From Candidatus Versatilivorator sp. (GTDB lineage Bacteria > Acidobacteriota > Terriglobia > Versatilivoradales > Versatilivoraceae), in contig OZ242296.1 of assembly GCA_965207735.1 (NCBI GenBank), positions 928,001-992,000 on the forward strand: a stretch of DNA of 64,000 nt. Reading direction: 5' to 3'. The notes under the pieces are model-generated. The model was not told the DNA's origin. It was given only the letters and a program-made list of their open reading frames with translations, and ran no database searches. The position numbers and the translations under genes are program-made. Of the stretch, positions 27,142 to 37,438 are shown piece by piece. Position 1 is the first letter of the stretch; each line of letters opens with the position of its first letter.

Positions 27142-28503
27142 TTAACCCATCTCTTCCCTGACCACTCGGGCCAGATAGATCGAGGCGGGAGGCATCTTGC
27201 CCGGCCAGAGCCCGCCGCCTATGTACTGATGGCTGTCTGTGGTGATTGAGTGGGAATAATAGACCACCAGCAAGTCGCCATTGGCGTCCTCGATCATGCC
27301 CGGATAGGAACAGTCTCCCCAACTGGGCAAGGTAACCGCCTGGGTCAGGGCTCCGGTCCGATCCTCCAGGGTCCACATGCGCGTCCCGTAGCGCTGTGCT
27401 TTATGAGGATAGTCAGCGCGGTGCGGGTGAACCTGCTCGGTCTCCCCGTCGATATAGCGGCCGGCGACTATCCATCGATCCCTGGCCCAGCGCACCGCCG
27501 GGGCTTGAATCATTCGATCCAGGGGCAGGCGCCGCCAGCTCCGATAGGGCGGATGGCTGAGGTATGCGATGGCATGCCGACTCCCCGGCCTGGCTCCCGG
27601 ATGCAACCTGGAGGAAGCGCCCTTGCGGCTCACCGCCAGGATTCGGCCATCCGGGGCGAAGTCGAAGTCGCTCTCGTCGTTGTCTTCGGCGGCGATATCG
27701 CTGACCTTGTTCCACCCCAAACCGTCTGCCGAATTGAAAAGCGAGGCGCTCTCGAACATCTCGAAGGTGTCGGCATGCGGAATCATGCTCTCCAGTTCCG
27801 GCGAAAAGGACCACTCCTGTCCATGGCAACGGTAGCCGATAATATAGTGGCGCCCCTTGAAGGTCTGAGGTCGCCACACACGCCAGCTCGGGTCCAGCAA
27901 AGGCTCAGGATCCTCAAAGTGACGGCCGTCCTCGGAGTAGCTGACCCCGGTACGGAAGGAGGTATTGTGGTGGCCGACCCACCGTTCGAAGCTCTCCTCC
28001 GATCCCTTCAGGCTCAGCCAGCGGCGCTTGAGATCGGCCTTTCGTTGCGGGCTGACGTCCGTGTCTCCTTCGGTATAGAAATAGAAGACCAGAATCAGCC
28101 GATCTTCGAGAGGCAGAAATTTCGGGCACACGGTGGTGCGGGTGGTGTTCTCCAGGACTCCCCACTCCCCTGCAGACTTGTGAAGCACCGTTTCCCAGTT
28201 GAGGCCGTCGGCCGAAGAGAGCACCAAGAGACCGTGGCCTCCGCCGTGGTTCTTGCCGCCTGAGTTGAAGGCCACATAATAGCGGTCCCGCCAGCGACAG
28301 ATGTCGGGCCAGGCGTTGTGGGTGCCGTCTCCATGGATCTCCCGCACGCTGACCCAGCGGTATTGAACCCCCGGGGAGGGTTTGGCGGGCCGCGACCCGC
28401 CAGGGAGAGCCCATGCTCCCGAAGCTCCGGCCAGGCTCACTCCCAGCCCGGCGCCGAATGTCCTCAAGAAGCCTCGACGATCTGCCAGTTTCCACTCGTT
28501 CAT
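27142..28503 (-). CDS. Tat-exported BNR/Asp-box (sialidase-fold-like) protein
   Basis: RRGFL Tat motif; Asp boxes SADGLNW, SEDGRHF and SADGLGW; GDCSYPG..LLVVYYS. Confidence 0.75.
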   Translation of the reverse strand: MNEWKLADRRGFLRTFGAGLGVSLAGASGAWALPGGSRPAKPSPGVQYRWVSVREIHGDGTHNAWPDICRWRDRYYVAFNSGGKNHGGGHGLLVLSSADGLNWETVLHKSAGEWGVLENTTRTTVCPKFLPLEDRLILVFYFYTEGDTDVSPQRKADLKRRWLSLKGSEESFERWVGHHNTSFRTGVSYSEDGRHFEDPEPLLDPSWRVWRPQTFKGRHYIIGYRCHGQEWSFSPELESMIPHADTFEMFESASLFNSADGLGWNKVSDIAAEDNDESDFDFAPDGRILAVSRKGASSRLHPGARPGSRHAIAYLSHPPYRSWRRLPLDRMIQAPAVRWARDRWIVAGRYIDGETEQVHPHRADYPHKAQRYGTRMWTLEDRTGALTQAVTLPSWGDCSYPGMIEDANGDLLVVYYSHSITTDSHQYIGGGLWPGKMPPASIYLARVVREEMG

Positions 28504-28678
28504 CGATTCCGACCTCCGTTTAACGCCATTGTCGCCTCCGGACGGTATCCGCTGATCCCCGGGGTCCACCTATCGAAAGCGCCCAAAAGGCCAACCTCGA
28601 GACCCCTGTTGGCCACATGGACGCGACCGCCCAGGCAGACAAGGCAAGCCATCTTCCATTGAGCGAGAGATGAGAGAG

Positions 28679-28755
28679 TGGTACGCCCGGCAAGATTCGA
28701 ACTTGCGACCTTTGGTTTCGTAGACCAACGCTCTATCCAACTGAGCTACGGGCGC
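28679..28755 (-). tRNA. tRNA-Arg(ACG)
   Basis: Reverse complement GCGCCCGTAGCTCAGTTGGATAGAGCGTTGGTCTACGAAACCAAAGGTCGCAAGTTCGAATCTTGCCGGGCGTACCA; anticodon ACG. Confidence 0.96.
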
Positions 28756-28941
28756 TCCGCGTGAGGACCGGTTTGGCGAGATCGTCTTTCATCAGACGAT
28801 CCCCATCTTGTAACATATCTGCCCCGGCCGGATCAAATCGCGGCCGGCGCCGGTAACAGCAGGTCTTTGCCACGGCCCAGGCCATCCGGAGTCTCCGGGC
28901 ACACTCATTTCAACCCGTCTTCAGCACTCTGGGAGGTAACA

Positions 28942-29787
28942 ATGCCTGAAAAATTCATACTGGCCGGGGTGCAGATGGACCCCACCCTGATGGACAAGGA
29001 GGCCAATCTTGCCGGGATGATCGATTCGGTGGAGCAAGCTGTCGCCAAGCAGGCCCGACTGGTGGTTTTCCCGGAATGCGCCCTGACGGGGTACTGTTTC
29101 GAGAACCTGCAGGAAGCCCTTCCCTACGCCGAATCCATTCCCGGGCCCTCCACTCAACTCCTGGCAGGTCTCTGCCGCCGGACCCGGGTCTACCTGGTTC
29201 TGGGAATGCTGGAGAAAGACGGTGACCGCTGTTTCAATGCGGCAGCCCTGATTGGACCGGAGGGAGTGGTGGGCAAATACCGCAAGGTGCACCTGCCTTT
29301 TCTGGGCGTGGACCGGTTCGTGGACTCAGGAGATCTCGGTTTCGCGGTTCACGAGACCCGCCTGGGACGCATCGGGCTCAACATCTGCTACGACGGATCC
29401 TTTCCGGAGAGCGCGCGCACGATGGCACTCCAGGGAGCCGACATGATTCTGCTTCCAACCAATTGGCCCAAGGGGGCGGAGCAGTTCGCCGAGTTTCTGG
29501 TGAACGCCAGGGGCCTGGAAAACCACGTGTTTTCGGTGGCGGTCAATCGGGTAGGCCGGGAGCGGGGATTCCGCTTCATCGGCAGAAGCCGAATCGCCGA
29601 CCCCTCGGGCAGGACGTTGGCTCTGGCCAGCGCCGATGGCGAGGAGGTTATCTTCGCCGAAATCGATCCCTCGACAGCCCGCGACAAGCACATCACCCGT
29701 GTACCCGGCAAACACGAAATCAACCGCTTCAAGGACCGCCGGCCCCGGTATTACGGCAAGATCGTAGAAGCGTCCGACTCGGACTGA
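28942..29787 (+). CDS. Carbon-nitrogen hydrolase (nitrilase family)
   Basis: VVFPECALTGY, YRKVHL and ICYDGSFPE (E-K-C triad); GGGAGG RBS before ATG 28942. Confidence 0.92.
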   Translation: MPEKFILAGVQMDPTLMDKEANLAGMIDSVEQAVAKQARLVVFPECALTGYCFENLQEALPYAESIPGPSTQLLAGLCRRTRVYLVLGMLEKDGDRCFNAAALIGPEGVVGKYRKVHLPFLGVDRFVDSGDLGFAVHETRLGRIGLNICYDGSFPESARTMALQGADMILLPTNWPKGAEQFAEFLVNARGLENHVFSVAVNRVGRERGFRFIGRSRIADPSGRTLALASADGEEVIFAEIDPSTARDKHITRVPGKHEINRFKDRRPRYYGKIVEASDSD

Positions 29788-31298
29788 GGGGTCGACCCGG
29801 TTTGAGGAGCCGCCCCGGACTGGGGGATCGGCCCGGGCTGCCAGGGGACGGCGCCGGCCTTTTGGATTCGCAGTCGCAGTGCCCGGGAGAGCCTGGAGAC
29901 CGTTCCAGGATCCTGTTCGGCCAAGTCGTGTACCTCCAGCGGATCCGCCCTCAGGTTGAACAGCTTGAAGGGTTCGAAGGGTGAGTTCTGCAGCAGCTTC
30001 CAGTGACCCTGGCGGACGGCATAGTAATCCTGACCCTGATGGAGTCGTCCCCCCTCCCGGCGAACCCAATGCAGCGTCCGCTCCATCGGCGGCGCCATCT
30101 GACCCACCAAGGTTCTGAACAGGGATACCCCGTCAATCTCCGACTCGATCGTCAGGCCCGCTACCGTGCAGATCGTGGGGAAGAGATCCATGGTCAGCGC
30201 CACCCGGTTGGATGAAGTGCCGGGCCGGACCTTGCCCGGCCAGACCGCCACCATGGGCACTCGAATCCCGCCTTCGTACATCTCCCGCTTTCCGCCCCGC
30301 TGGTCCCCGCAGTTGGCTTCCGCCCGCAGGTCCCCGCCGTTGTCGCTGGTAAACAGAACCAGGGTCCGGGTGTCCTGACCGGCCTCCTGCAATGCCTCCA
30401 TCACCTTCCCGATTCCCGCGTCCAGATGCTCGATCAGGGCCGCCAACCGGGCCCGCTTTTGGCTCAGTCCCCCTCCCCGCTGCCTGACTCGCTCCAGGTA
30501 GGAAGGCGGCGGTTGAGCCGGCACATGGGGGGCATTGTAGGAAAGAAGGAGGAAAAAGGGCTGGTCGCCGGCGCTCCGCTCCTTCAGGTAGTCGATGGCC
30601 CATTGGGTGAAGAGGTCGGTGGCATGGCCGTCCGGCTCGATGGTTTCTGCATTGAAGCGCATGTGGTTCACGCCGCGGCGGGTGTGAAGGAAGTAGTCGT
30701 CCATCCGGTCGGCCAGGAACCCTTGGAAGCGGTGGAATCCCCGCTCGTTGGGGAGATTGGGCGATTCCAGGCCCAAATGCCACTTGCCGATCAAGGCGGT
30801 GTGGTAACCCGCCTGTTGCAGCAGCGCGGGGAGCAGAGCCGCCTCCGGGCTCAGGTAGCCCCAATTTCTCTCCGGCTCGGGCCGAATGGTTCCCGGAACT
30901 CCTACCAGGTCGGGATACCTCCCGGTCAACAGTGACGCCCGAGTGGGGGCGCCCACCGTCGAGTTGGCGTAGAAACGCTTGAAGGACATGCCCGACTCGA
31001 CCAGGGCGTCGATGTGGGGGGTCTGCAAGTCCTCCGCTCCCGAACTGGACAAATCCCCATAGCCCAGATCGTCTACCAGGATCAGTAGGACGTTCGGCGG
31101 TCGAGGGGGCTCCTCTTCTTCGGCTTCCGCGGCCTCTTCCCCCTCTTCAGCTCCTTCAGTATCTTCAGTATCTTCAGTATCCTCACCCTCGTGAGCCTGC
31201 TGAGTCTCCTCCGGCGGGTCTTCCTGCCGGGAAGCCCGGAGTTCGGAACCCCAGTGAAGCGTCCCCAGGGCAAGCGCCAACGCAAGTAGGATCCTCAT
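29751..31298 (-). CDS. Sulfatase-family protein with Gly at the formylglycine position
   Basis: PNVLLILVDDLGYGD, GAPTRASLLTG, GKWHLG and FTSDNG; signal peptide MRILLALALALG; acidic linker. Confidence 0.88.
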   Translation of the reverse strand: MRILLALALALGTLHWGSELRASRQEDPPEETQQAHEGEDTEDTEDTEGAEEGEEAAEAEEEEPPRPPNVLLILVDDLGYGDLSSSGAEDLQTPHIDALVESGMSFKRFYANSTVGAPTRASLLTGRYPDLVGVPGTIRPEPERNWGYLSPEAALLPALLQQAGYHTALIGKWHLGLESPNLPNERGFHRFQGFLADRMDDYFLHTRRGVNHMRFNAETIEPDGHATDLFTQWAIDYLKERSAGDQPFFLLLSYNAPHVPAQPPPSYLERVRQRGGGLSQKRARLAALIEHLDAGIGKVMEALQEAGQDTRTLVLFTSDNGGDLRAEANCGDQRGGKREMYEGGIRVPMVAVWPGKVRPGTSSNRVALTMDLFPTICTVAGLTIESEIDGVSLFRTLVGQMAPPMERTLHWVRREGGRLHQGQDYYAVRQGHWKLLQNSPFEPFKLFNLRADPLEVHDLAEQDPGTVSRLSRALRLRIQKAGAVPWQPGPIPQSGAAPQTGSTPQSESDASTILP

Positions 31299-31456
31299 CG
31301 AAATGCCGCACCCCCAACGCCGCCCGTCCGAGTCGATGCCCAATCCGGGAATAGCGCCGATTGAGCCCGCCTCCCGGCTGATTCGGAATGGATTTGCAAC
31401 CAAAACCCGCTACAATAACCCCCACGCCAAGCAAGCGCCCACCCCAAGGTGAGTTC

Positions 31457-32215
31457 GTGAACTACCGCTATCGATACGCCACCAGCTCCGTCTCCTTTGG
31501 GGGCCCCCTGACACCCACGGTGAAACGCATCATCATAGCCTGCGTGGTGGTGTTTGTGATGCAGGTCCTTTCGGGTGGTCTGGGCGGACCCATCACCGCC
31601 CTGTTCAGCCTCACCCCGTCGATGGTGATCGGCAGTCTCTACCTCTGGCAGTTGTTTACCTACATCTTCCTGCACGGCGGCCCCTTTCATCTTGCGATCA
31701 ATATGCTGATCCTGTTCATGTTCGGTTGCGAACTGGAACGTTACTGGGGAAGGCGCCAGTTCTGGCGATACTTCCTGGTGACCGGGATCGGCGCCGGCAT
31801 CTGCATCACGCTGTTCAACTTCTTTTCCTATCAAGGATCGACCTTGGGGGCTTCGGGAGCCATCTATGGCGTCCTGCTGGCCTACGGCTTGAGCTTTCCC
31901 GACCGCATCATCCACGTGATGCTGTTTTTCCCGCTTCCGGCCAAATACGCCGTGATGGTCTTCGGGGGCATTGCCTTTCTTTCAAGCCTGTCCGGAAGCG
32001 ACTCCGGAGTATCGCATGCGGCTCACCTGGGAGGCATGCTGGTCGGCTACCTCTATCTGAAGCGCGGCCCCTTTCGCGACCGTCCGGGTGCGAGCTGGTA
32101 TCAACCGATCAAGGATGCCTATCTGGAGTACCGATTTCGCCGGGCCCGGCAAAGATTCGAGGTCTACCTGAACCGGAAAGAGCGAGAGCGCCGCGATAAC
32201 GACACCATCCATTGA
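31457..32215 (+). CDS. Rhomboid intramembrane serine protease
   Basis: WQLFTYIFLHG..HLAINM, GASGAIYG and HAAHLGG. Confidence 0.92.
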   Translation: MNYRYRYATSSVSFGGPLTPTVKRIIIACVVVFVMQVLSGGLGGPITALFSLTPSMVIGSLYLWQLFTYIFLHGGPFHLAINMLILFMFGCELERYWGRRQFWRYFLVTGIGAGICITLFNFFSYQGSTLGASGAIYGVLLAYGLSFPDRIIHVMLFFPLPAKYAVMVFGGIAFLSSLSGSDSGVSHAAHLGGMLVGYLYLKRGPFRDRPGASWYQPIKDAYLEYRFRRARQRFEVYLNRKERERRDNDTIH

Positions 32216-32423
32216 CTCCGCTTTCCCGGATAAGCTCTCTCTGAAACACCCCCGTTTCACCCTGTTTGATCTGCCCGGTAATGGCGGGCGGGGGCCCGGC
32301 TAACCTGCTTGCAGCAACCCCTTTTTCTTGTCTCATCCAGCCCCCCCCACGACAAATGCGAGCAAGAAGTGCAACCGGGCCGGGACCCATTTCCGATACT
32401 CCCAGTATTCCGGAGCGGACAGG

Positions 32424-33503
32424 TCAAAACCCGGCCCGGTCCGTCTCGGGAACGAAATAGGTGGTGCGGGTCCTGACTCGAAGACTGGGGTCTTTCACCT
32501 CAACCCGGACGCGTCGCATTCCGCCCTGGTGTGCGGGGCTGTTGGAATAGTATGCCAGGCTGAAGGTGTGCCTCAATTCATGGGCAACCTTGGAATACTC
32601 TCCTTTCAGGTCCGACAGGTCGGCCACAAGGAACATCTTTCCGCCGGTTTCCCCGGAGAGCTGGCTCAATCGTTCGGTTTGAATCTGATAGACCTCCTCC
32701 AGCACCGAGAGACTCAGCCGAGCATTTTCAACGTAGGGATCCTCCTCTTTTTCCTGGCTTTCCCGGATATAACGTTCCAGGAGATCCTTATGCCGATCCT
32801 TGTTCACGATGGTGATGGGATAAAAGACGGCATCGTCCTGTGCCAATTGCCTGCGCAGTTCGTCGAAAGACACCCGGCTGGAGTTTTCCATTCCGTCGCT
32901 GAGCACCACGATGGCCTTGCGGCCGCTGCGAGTCCGTTGCAGGCTCTTGAGGGCCATGGCCACCCCGTCGTAAACCTGGGAGCCACCGTGGGGATAGGTG
33001 GACAACCGTTTGATGGCTCTTCGCAGCAGCTTGCGGTTATTGGTGAACTTCTGAACCTCCTGGGTGAAAAAGTGGGTTTCGGTGACCGAAATCTGGTCGT
33101 CGGGACGCAGCTCCTTGGTGAAATTGCGTGCAGCGTCCTTGATCAGCCTGAGGTTGTTTCGGGTGCTGATGCTGGTGTCGACCAGAAGCACCAGCTTGAA
33201 GGGAGCTTCCACCGGAAAAAAGGTTGAGATGTCCTGCCGGATCCCGTTCTCGTAGACCGCAAAATCCTCCCGCGTCAGGGTGGTGACGTTGTCTCCGTTT
33301 TCGTCCATCACGGTGACGTTCAACACCACCAGGTCCACGTCCACTTCCAGGCGGAACGACCCATCGTCGTCCTGTGGACTGCCGGGTGGAGGGGTATGGC
33401 CTGCCAACGGCAAAGGCAACCCCGGCGCCAACCCGAGCAGGATCACCATGGCGGTCCGAGCGCAACGGGAGTACATGGCCTTGGATTCTAACACGGGTGT
33501 CAT
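32424..33503 (-). CDS. VWA domain protein (acidobacterial type)
   Basis: VDVDLVVLNVTV..DFAVYENG, MIDAS-like DTSIS and RKAIVVLSDG. Confidence 0.88.
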   Translation of the reverse strand: MTPVLESKAMYSRCARTAMVILLGLAPGLPLPLAGHTPPPGSPQDDDGSFRLEVDVDLVVLNVTVMDENGDNVTTLTREDFAVYENGIRQDISTFFPVEAPFKLVLLVDTSISTRNNLRLIKDAARNFTKELRPDDQISVTETHFFTQEVQKFTNNRKLLRRAIKRLSTYPHGGSQVYDGVAMALKSLQRTRSGRKAIVVLSDGMENSSRVSFDELRRQLAQDDAVFYPITIVNKDRHKDLLERYIRESQEKEEDPYVENARLSLSVLEEVYQIQTERLSQLSGETGGKMFLVADLSDLKGEYSKVAHELRHTFSLAYYSNSPAHQGGMRRVRVEVKDPSLRVRTRTTYFVPETDRAGF

Positions 33504-33511
33504 GCAGCGGT

Positions 33512-36337
33512 TTAGGGCTCAGACCCCGGGACCACCCCGGCAACGAAGAGCTCCGGTCGGAAGAATTGCCGCACCACCGCGGAAACATCCTCGGGTTCCA
33601 CCGCCTCGATTTGTTTCAGGCTGTTGGTGACGTCATAGATGGACTGCCCGAAGATGGCTCTTTCAGCCAGTTCCAGAACCTGCCGGAGTGAATGCTGGGC
33701 GGCGATCCGGTAACTTCGAACCGCTGCCTTCCTGGCCTGATCGATGGCCTCTTCCGACAGCGATCCCTTGTCCAGCCCGGTCAGTTGGGCCTCGACGGCC
33801 TCCAGAGCCTCGGCGCCGTTGGCGGGTGGGGCCGTCAGGCGGGCGTAGAAGTATCCCCCCCACTGCAGACGCTGCTGCGAGGTCAGGATGTCCATCGCCA
33901 AACCCTGGCGTTGTTTCAGAGCCAGGGGCAAGACCCCGCTCACGCCGGAGGTCAAGTACTGCAACACGGTAAAGGCCGCAATGCGCGGGTCAGAGGGCGG
34001 CGGTCCCAGAAACCCGGCCTGAGCCCTGAAGGGTTGTCCCTGCCTGGCCTCTCCCGCAAGAGTCCGGGTCCTGGACAGGGTTGGCACCTCGCCAATGTCC
34101 TCATAGTCGATGCGGGAGATGCCGGAGCGCCGCCACTTGCCGGCAAACCTGGCGGCAAAGGCGCTCCCCTCCACGTCCCCGGCAATGACCACGACCGGTT
34201 GACCCTCCCTGACGAATCGCCGGTGCCATGCCATCAGGTCCTGGCGAGTGAGCGATTGCAGCGCCGTCCTCTCTCCGTAAGAGCCTCTCCCGTAGGGATG
34301 GGCACCGTAGGCGGCCCGCAGGAACAGCCGTTCCGCCTCACGAATTGGATCGTCCATCAGCCCGGCGGCCCGCAAACGCAAGGCCTGCTTTTGAGCCGCG
34401 ATGGCCTCTTCTTCAAAGGTCGGACGTTGCAAGGCTTCGGCCAGAATGTCTACGCAAGCGGCGAAATTCCCGGACAGTCCATGGAGCACGAAGCCAAAAT
34501 AATCCGGCTTTACAACTGCGTTCACCACCACTCCCAGCCTCTCCAGCAAGGCAGCCGGATGGGAAGGCTGCAGGGCCGATCCGGCCCCGACGGCCGTGGC
34601 AGCCATCAACCCGGTGATTCCCTGTTGGTCGGCAGGTTCCAGGGACTGCCCACCCCGAAAGAAGATTCCCATCGAAGCCAGGGGCAACCAGCGTCCTTCC
34701 TGGACCCAAACGTCGGGCCCTCGCAGGATGGAGAACTTCTTCGGGGGCGGGACCAGTTCCGCCGTGCTGATTTCTCTGGGATCCCTCTGCCCCGGCGACC
34801 GGCCATCTGCCCGCACCCTCTCCTCCGGCAGGGGAACCTCGATCCAGTCGCTGCCCTTCATTTCTGCGCTGACGCGATTCAGGGCCAGCCTCAAGAACTC
34901 GCGGTAACTGGCGGAGCTGAATTGCCTCATCTCCTGTGAGACCGGCTGGTACTCCAGAAGCGTGCACTGTTCCAGATCGAGATAGCGACGTGCCGCGGCA
35001 ACCACCTCCTCGAGGGTCACCGATTCGATTGTCGGGAGAGTTTCCACCCAGGTCTTGAACTCCGCCAAGTGCTCGTGGCGGGCGATCTGAACCGCCAGAT
35101 CGGCCAGATCCTCCTGTTCCTGCAGAAACTCGACCGTGAGCAGCGCCCGAGCGCGCTGCAGATCCGATTCGGTCAGCACGCCCTGCTTGATCCGCTCCAT
35201 GGCGGCAAACGCCGTCACTGCCGACCGGTCCGGCCCCAAGGCGCCCACGGGCAGGCTGAGGACGAGATAGCTGGTCCGGCCCAGCGAAAAGGGATTGGAG
35301 GCAACCGCCTGAAGCGGCGAACGGGAGATCCTCAACAGGTGATTCAGCACCGAGGTCTCGCCCGCCGTCAGAACGGCTTGTAGCAATTTGCAGGCGTACC
35401 ACTCCCGGGTGAAAGCGGCAGGCAGGGGAAACCCGATCCCGATTCCACCTTGATGCAGGTCCGCCCGGCGGTTGGCGTAGGTGAAGCCATTCGTTTCGGG
35501 GGCGGGAGAAGGCGGAGAATCGGCCAGGGCTCTCTTGGGGAGGGAGCGGTAACGCTTGACGACCTCCCGCAGGAGCGCCCGCCGGTCGAAGTCGCCGGTG
35601 ATCGCCAGCAGGACGTTGCCGGGAACGAACCAACGACTTTGAAAGCCGGCGATCCGAGAACTGTCGACCGCGGGCCGGTTGCCGAGCGTACGACTCCTCT
35701 GGTCCGGTTGCCTTCCCCTTCGGGACGCCAAATTCAACAGTTGCCGCCTGTACTCCCTCTCCGGAGGGGCTTGGCTCAATTCGTAATGCCGCCGGACCGT
35801 TCGGTTGAGTCTACGCACTCTCTCGGGCGAGGGATTCCATGGCTGAAGTGCGGCGACTTGAAGGTCCAGCCCCTTCCGATAGGCTTCCCTCGGAAGGACG
35901 GTGGAAAACCAGGCGTGGTCTTCACCCACCCCGGTGTCCAACCCGGCACCGATCCTCCTGGCTTCCGCGGAAAGTGTTCCCTTTCCATCCGGAAGCGGGG
36001 AGTGCAGCAACAGGGGAGACCAGAAATCCCAGAACCCCGGCCCGGACACGTCCTGGTGAAGCCGGCCGGCCTTGACATAGGTCACCATGGCCACCAGGGG
36101 CGCGTTGCTCCTTTCAAAAAGGAGCACGGTCAAGCCGTTCTTGAACACCACCCTGGTGAAGGGGCCGACATCCTCTCGAGACAAATAGGGGCCGACTATT
36201 CTCGGCGGTGCAGAGTCGGGTGGGTCGTCCTGCGAGGCCTGGCAGGTGCTGACGTGATCCACCAGGCCGACCGGACCGAAGAGCCCCAGCCAACCACAGA
36301 GAACCGTCGCTCTCCAGGTGAATCGTGTGGTGACCAT
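33512..36337 (-). CDS. M16 (insulinase)-family protein lacking HxxEH
   Basis: FKNGLTV, WFVPGNVLLAITGDFD and AYGAHPYGR; two-lobed M16 architecture; no HxxEH motif. Confidence 0.82.
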   Translation of the reverse strand: MVTTRFTWRATVLCGWLGLFGPVGLVDHVSTCQASQDDPPDSAPPRIVGPYLSREDVGPFTRVVFKNGLTVLLFERSNAPLVAMVTYVKAGRLHQDVSGPGFWDFWSPLLLHSPLPDGKGTLSAEARRIGAGLDTGVGEDHAWFSTVLPREAYRKGLDLQVAALQPWNPSPERVRRLNRTVRRHYELSQAPPEREYRRQLLNLASRRGRQPDQRSRTLGNRPAVDSSRIAGFQSRWFVPGNVLLAITGDFDRRALLREVVKRYRSLPKRALADSPPSPAPETNGFTYANRRADLHQGGIGIGFPLPAAFTREWYACKLLQAVLTAGETSVLNHLLRISRSPLQAVASNPFSLGRTSYLVLSLPVGALGPDRSAVTAFAAMERIKQGVLTESDLQRARALLTVEFLQEQEDLADLAVQIARHEHLAEFKTWVETLPTIESVTLEEVVAAARRYLDLEQCTLLEYQPVSQEMRQFSSASYREFLRLALNRVSAEMKGSDWIEVPLPEERVRADGRSPGQRDPREISTAELVPPPKKFSILRGPDVWVQEGRWLPLASMGIFFRGGQSLEPADQQGITGLMAATAVGAGSALQPSHPAALLERLGVVVNAVVKPDYFGFVLHGLSGNFAACVDILAEALQRPTFEEEAIAAQKQALRLRAAGLMDDPIREAERLFLRAAYGAHPYGRGSYGERTALQSLTRQDLMAWHRRFVREGQPVVVIAGDVEGSAFAARFAGKWRRSGISRIDYEDIGEVPTLSRTRTLAGEARQGQPFRAQAGFLGPPPSDPRIAAFTVLQYLTSGVSGVLPLALKQRQGLAMDILTSQQRLQWGGYFYARLTAPPANGAEALEAVEAQLTGLDKGSLSEEAIDQARKAAVRSYRIAAQHSLRQVLELAERAIFGQSIYDVTNSLKQIEAVEPEDVSAVVRQFFRPELFVAGVVPGSEP

Positions 36338-36339
36338 GA

Positions 36340-37296
36340 TCAGGAAAGGCTAACCGCGTAGGGGAGGTGTTTGCCTTCCAAACCGGCGCGAATGTTGTCC
36401 ACGGTCATCTGTGCCATGCGGAGGCGAGTCCGCGACCCGGCTGAACCCAGGTGAGGAGTGATCACCAGGTTGTTCAATTGCAACAGGGGGTGGTCGCGCG
36501 GCAACGGCTCAGGCTCGGTGACATCGATGGCGGCGCCCGCAATCCTTCTTTCGGCCAGGGCCCGATAGAGGGCCGCATGGTCCACCACGCCTCCCCGGGC
36601 CACGTTGACCAGAATGCCGTCCGGACGCATGCAGGCAAGCTGATCCTCTCCAATCAGGTGTCTGGTCTCCGGCGTCATGGGAACATTGAGCGTCACGAAA
36701 TGCGCCTGTTCCAGAAGGCCCCTCAAACTGGCATACTCCACTCCCAGTTCGCTCTCAGCCTCCGGCTTTCTGTGTCGGGAGTGGTAAAGGATCCGCATGT
36801 CGAACCCGCGAGCCCGTCGAGCCACCTCCCGCCCGATGTGGCCCAGGCCGACAATCCCCAGCGTGCTGCCGTGGACCTCGCGCCCCAGGAACAGGGACGG
36901 GTCGTAGTAGTGAAAGTCAGGCCCCCTTGCATAGCGGTCACCGGCAACTACGTTGCGGGCGCAGGCCAGCAGCAGAGCCATGGTCATGTCGGCGGTGGCC
37001 CCCTCCACCGCTCCGGGCGTGTTCCCAACCGGTATGCCCCGAGCCGCCGCGGCCGCCAGATCCACATGGTCGATGCCGACGCCGAAGTTGCTGATCACCT
37101 TGAGATTGGGCAAGCGGTCCATGAAGGCACCGTCGATGACGGGATGGCCGTAAAGAAACAGTCCCGCGACTTCCTGCAAGGACTCATCGGATCCCTCCTC
37201 CAGGAGGCTCCAGGGTCCCGAGCGACAGTCCGGGGCCAACAACTCTTCAATAAAGGCGGCCAGAGGCACGTCCGCTAGAATCAGGGCTTGATGCAT
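36340..37296 (-). CDS. D-2-hydroxyacid (glyoxylate/D-glycerate) dehydrogenase
   Basis: GVGIDHVD, GIVGLGHIG, VNVARG, DVTEPEP and TPHLGS. Confidence 0.92.
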   Translation of the reverse strand: MHQALILADVPLAAFIEELLAPDCRSGPWSLLEEGSDESLQEVAGLFLYGHPVIDGAFMDRLPNLKVISNFGVGIDHVDLAAAAARGIPVGNTPGAVEGATADMTMALLLACARNVVAGDRYARGPDFHYYDPSLFLGREVHGSTLGIVGLGHIGREVARRARGFDMRILYHSRHRKPEAESELGVEYASLRGLLEQAHFVTLNVPMTPETRHLIGEDQLACMRPDGILVNVARGGVVDHAALYRALAERRIAGAAIDVTEPEPLPRDHPLLQLNNLVITPHLGSAGSRTRLRMAQMTVDNIRAGLEGKHLPYAVSLS

Positions 37297-37438
37297 CGGC
37301 GGATCCCGGTGAACTTCAGGGGGTAACGGGCTCTGCTCGCAGGTCCCAAGACCGGCAGGCGGGAACAGGCTTTCGGCTGCGGCGTTCCGAGTGCAGAACC
37401 GCAGCGGGCCGGCGGCGCCGGACCGGATCCCCGGGGAA

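Noticed and set aside
31130-31190. 9-bp tandem repeat (EDT)x3 in the sulfatase linker
   Set aside because: Short low-complexity acidic linker, in frame, with no evidence of a phase-variation role.
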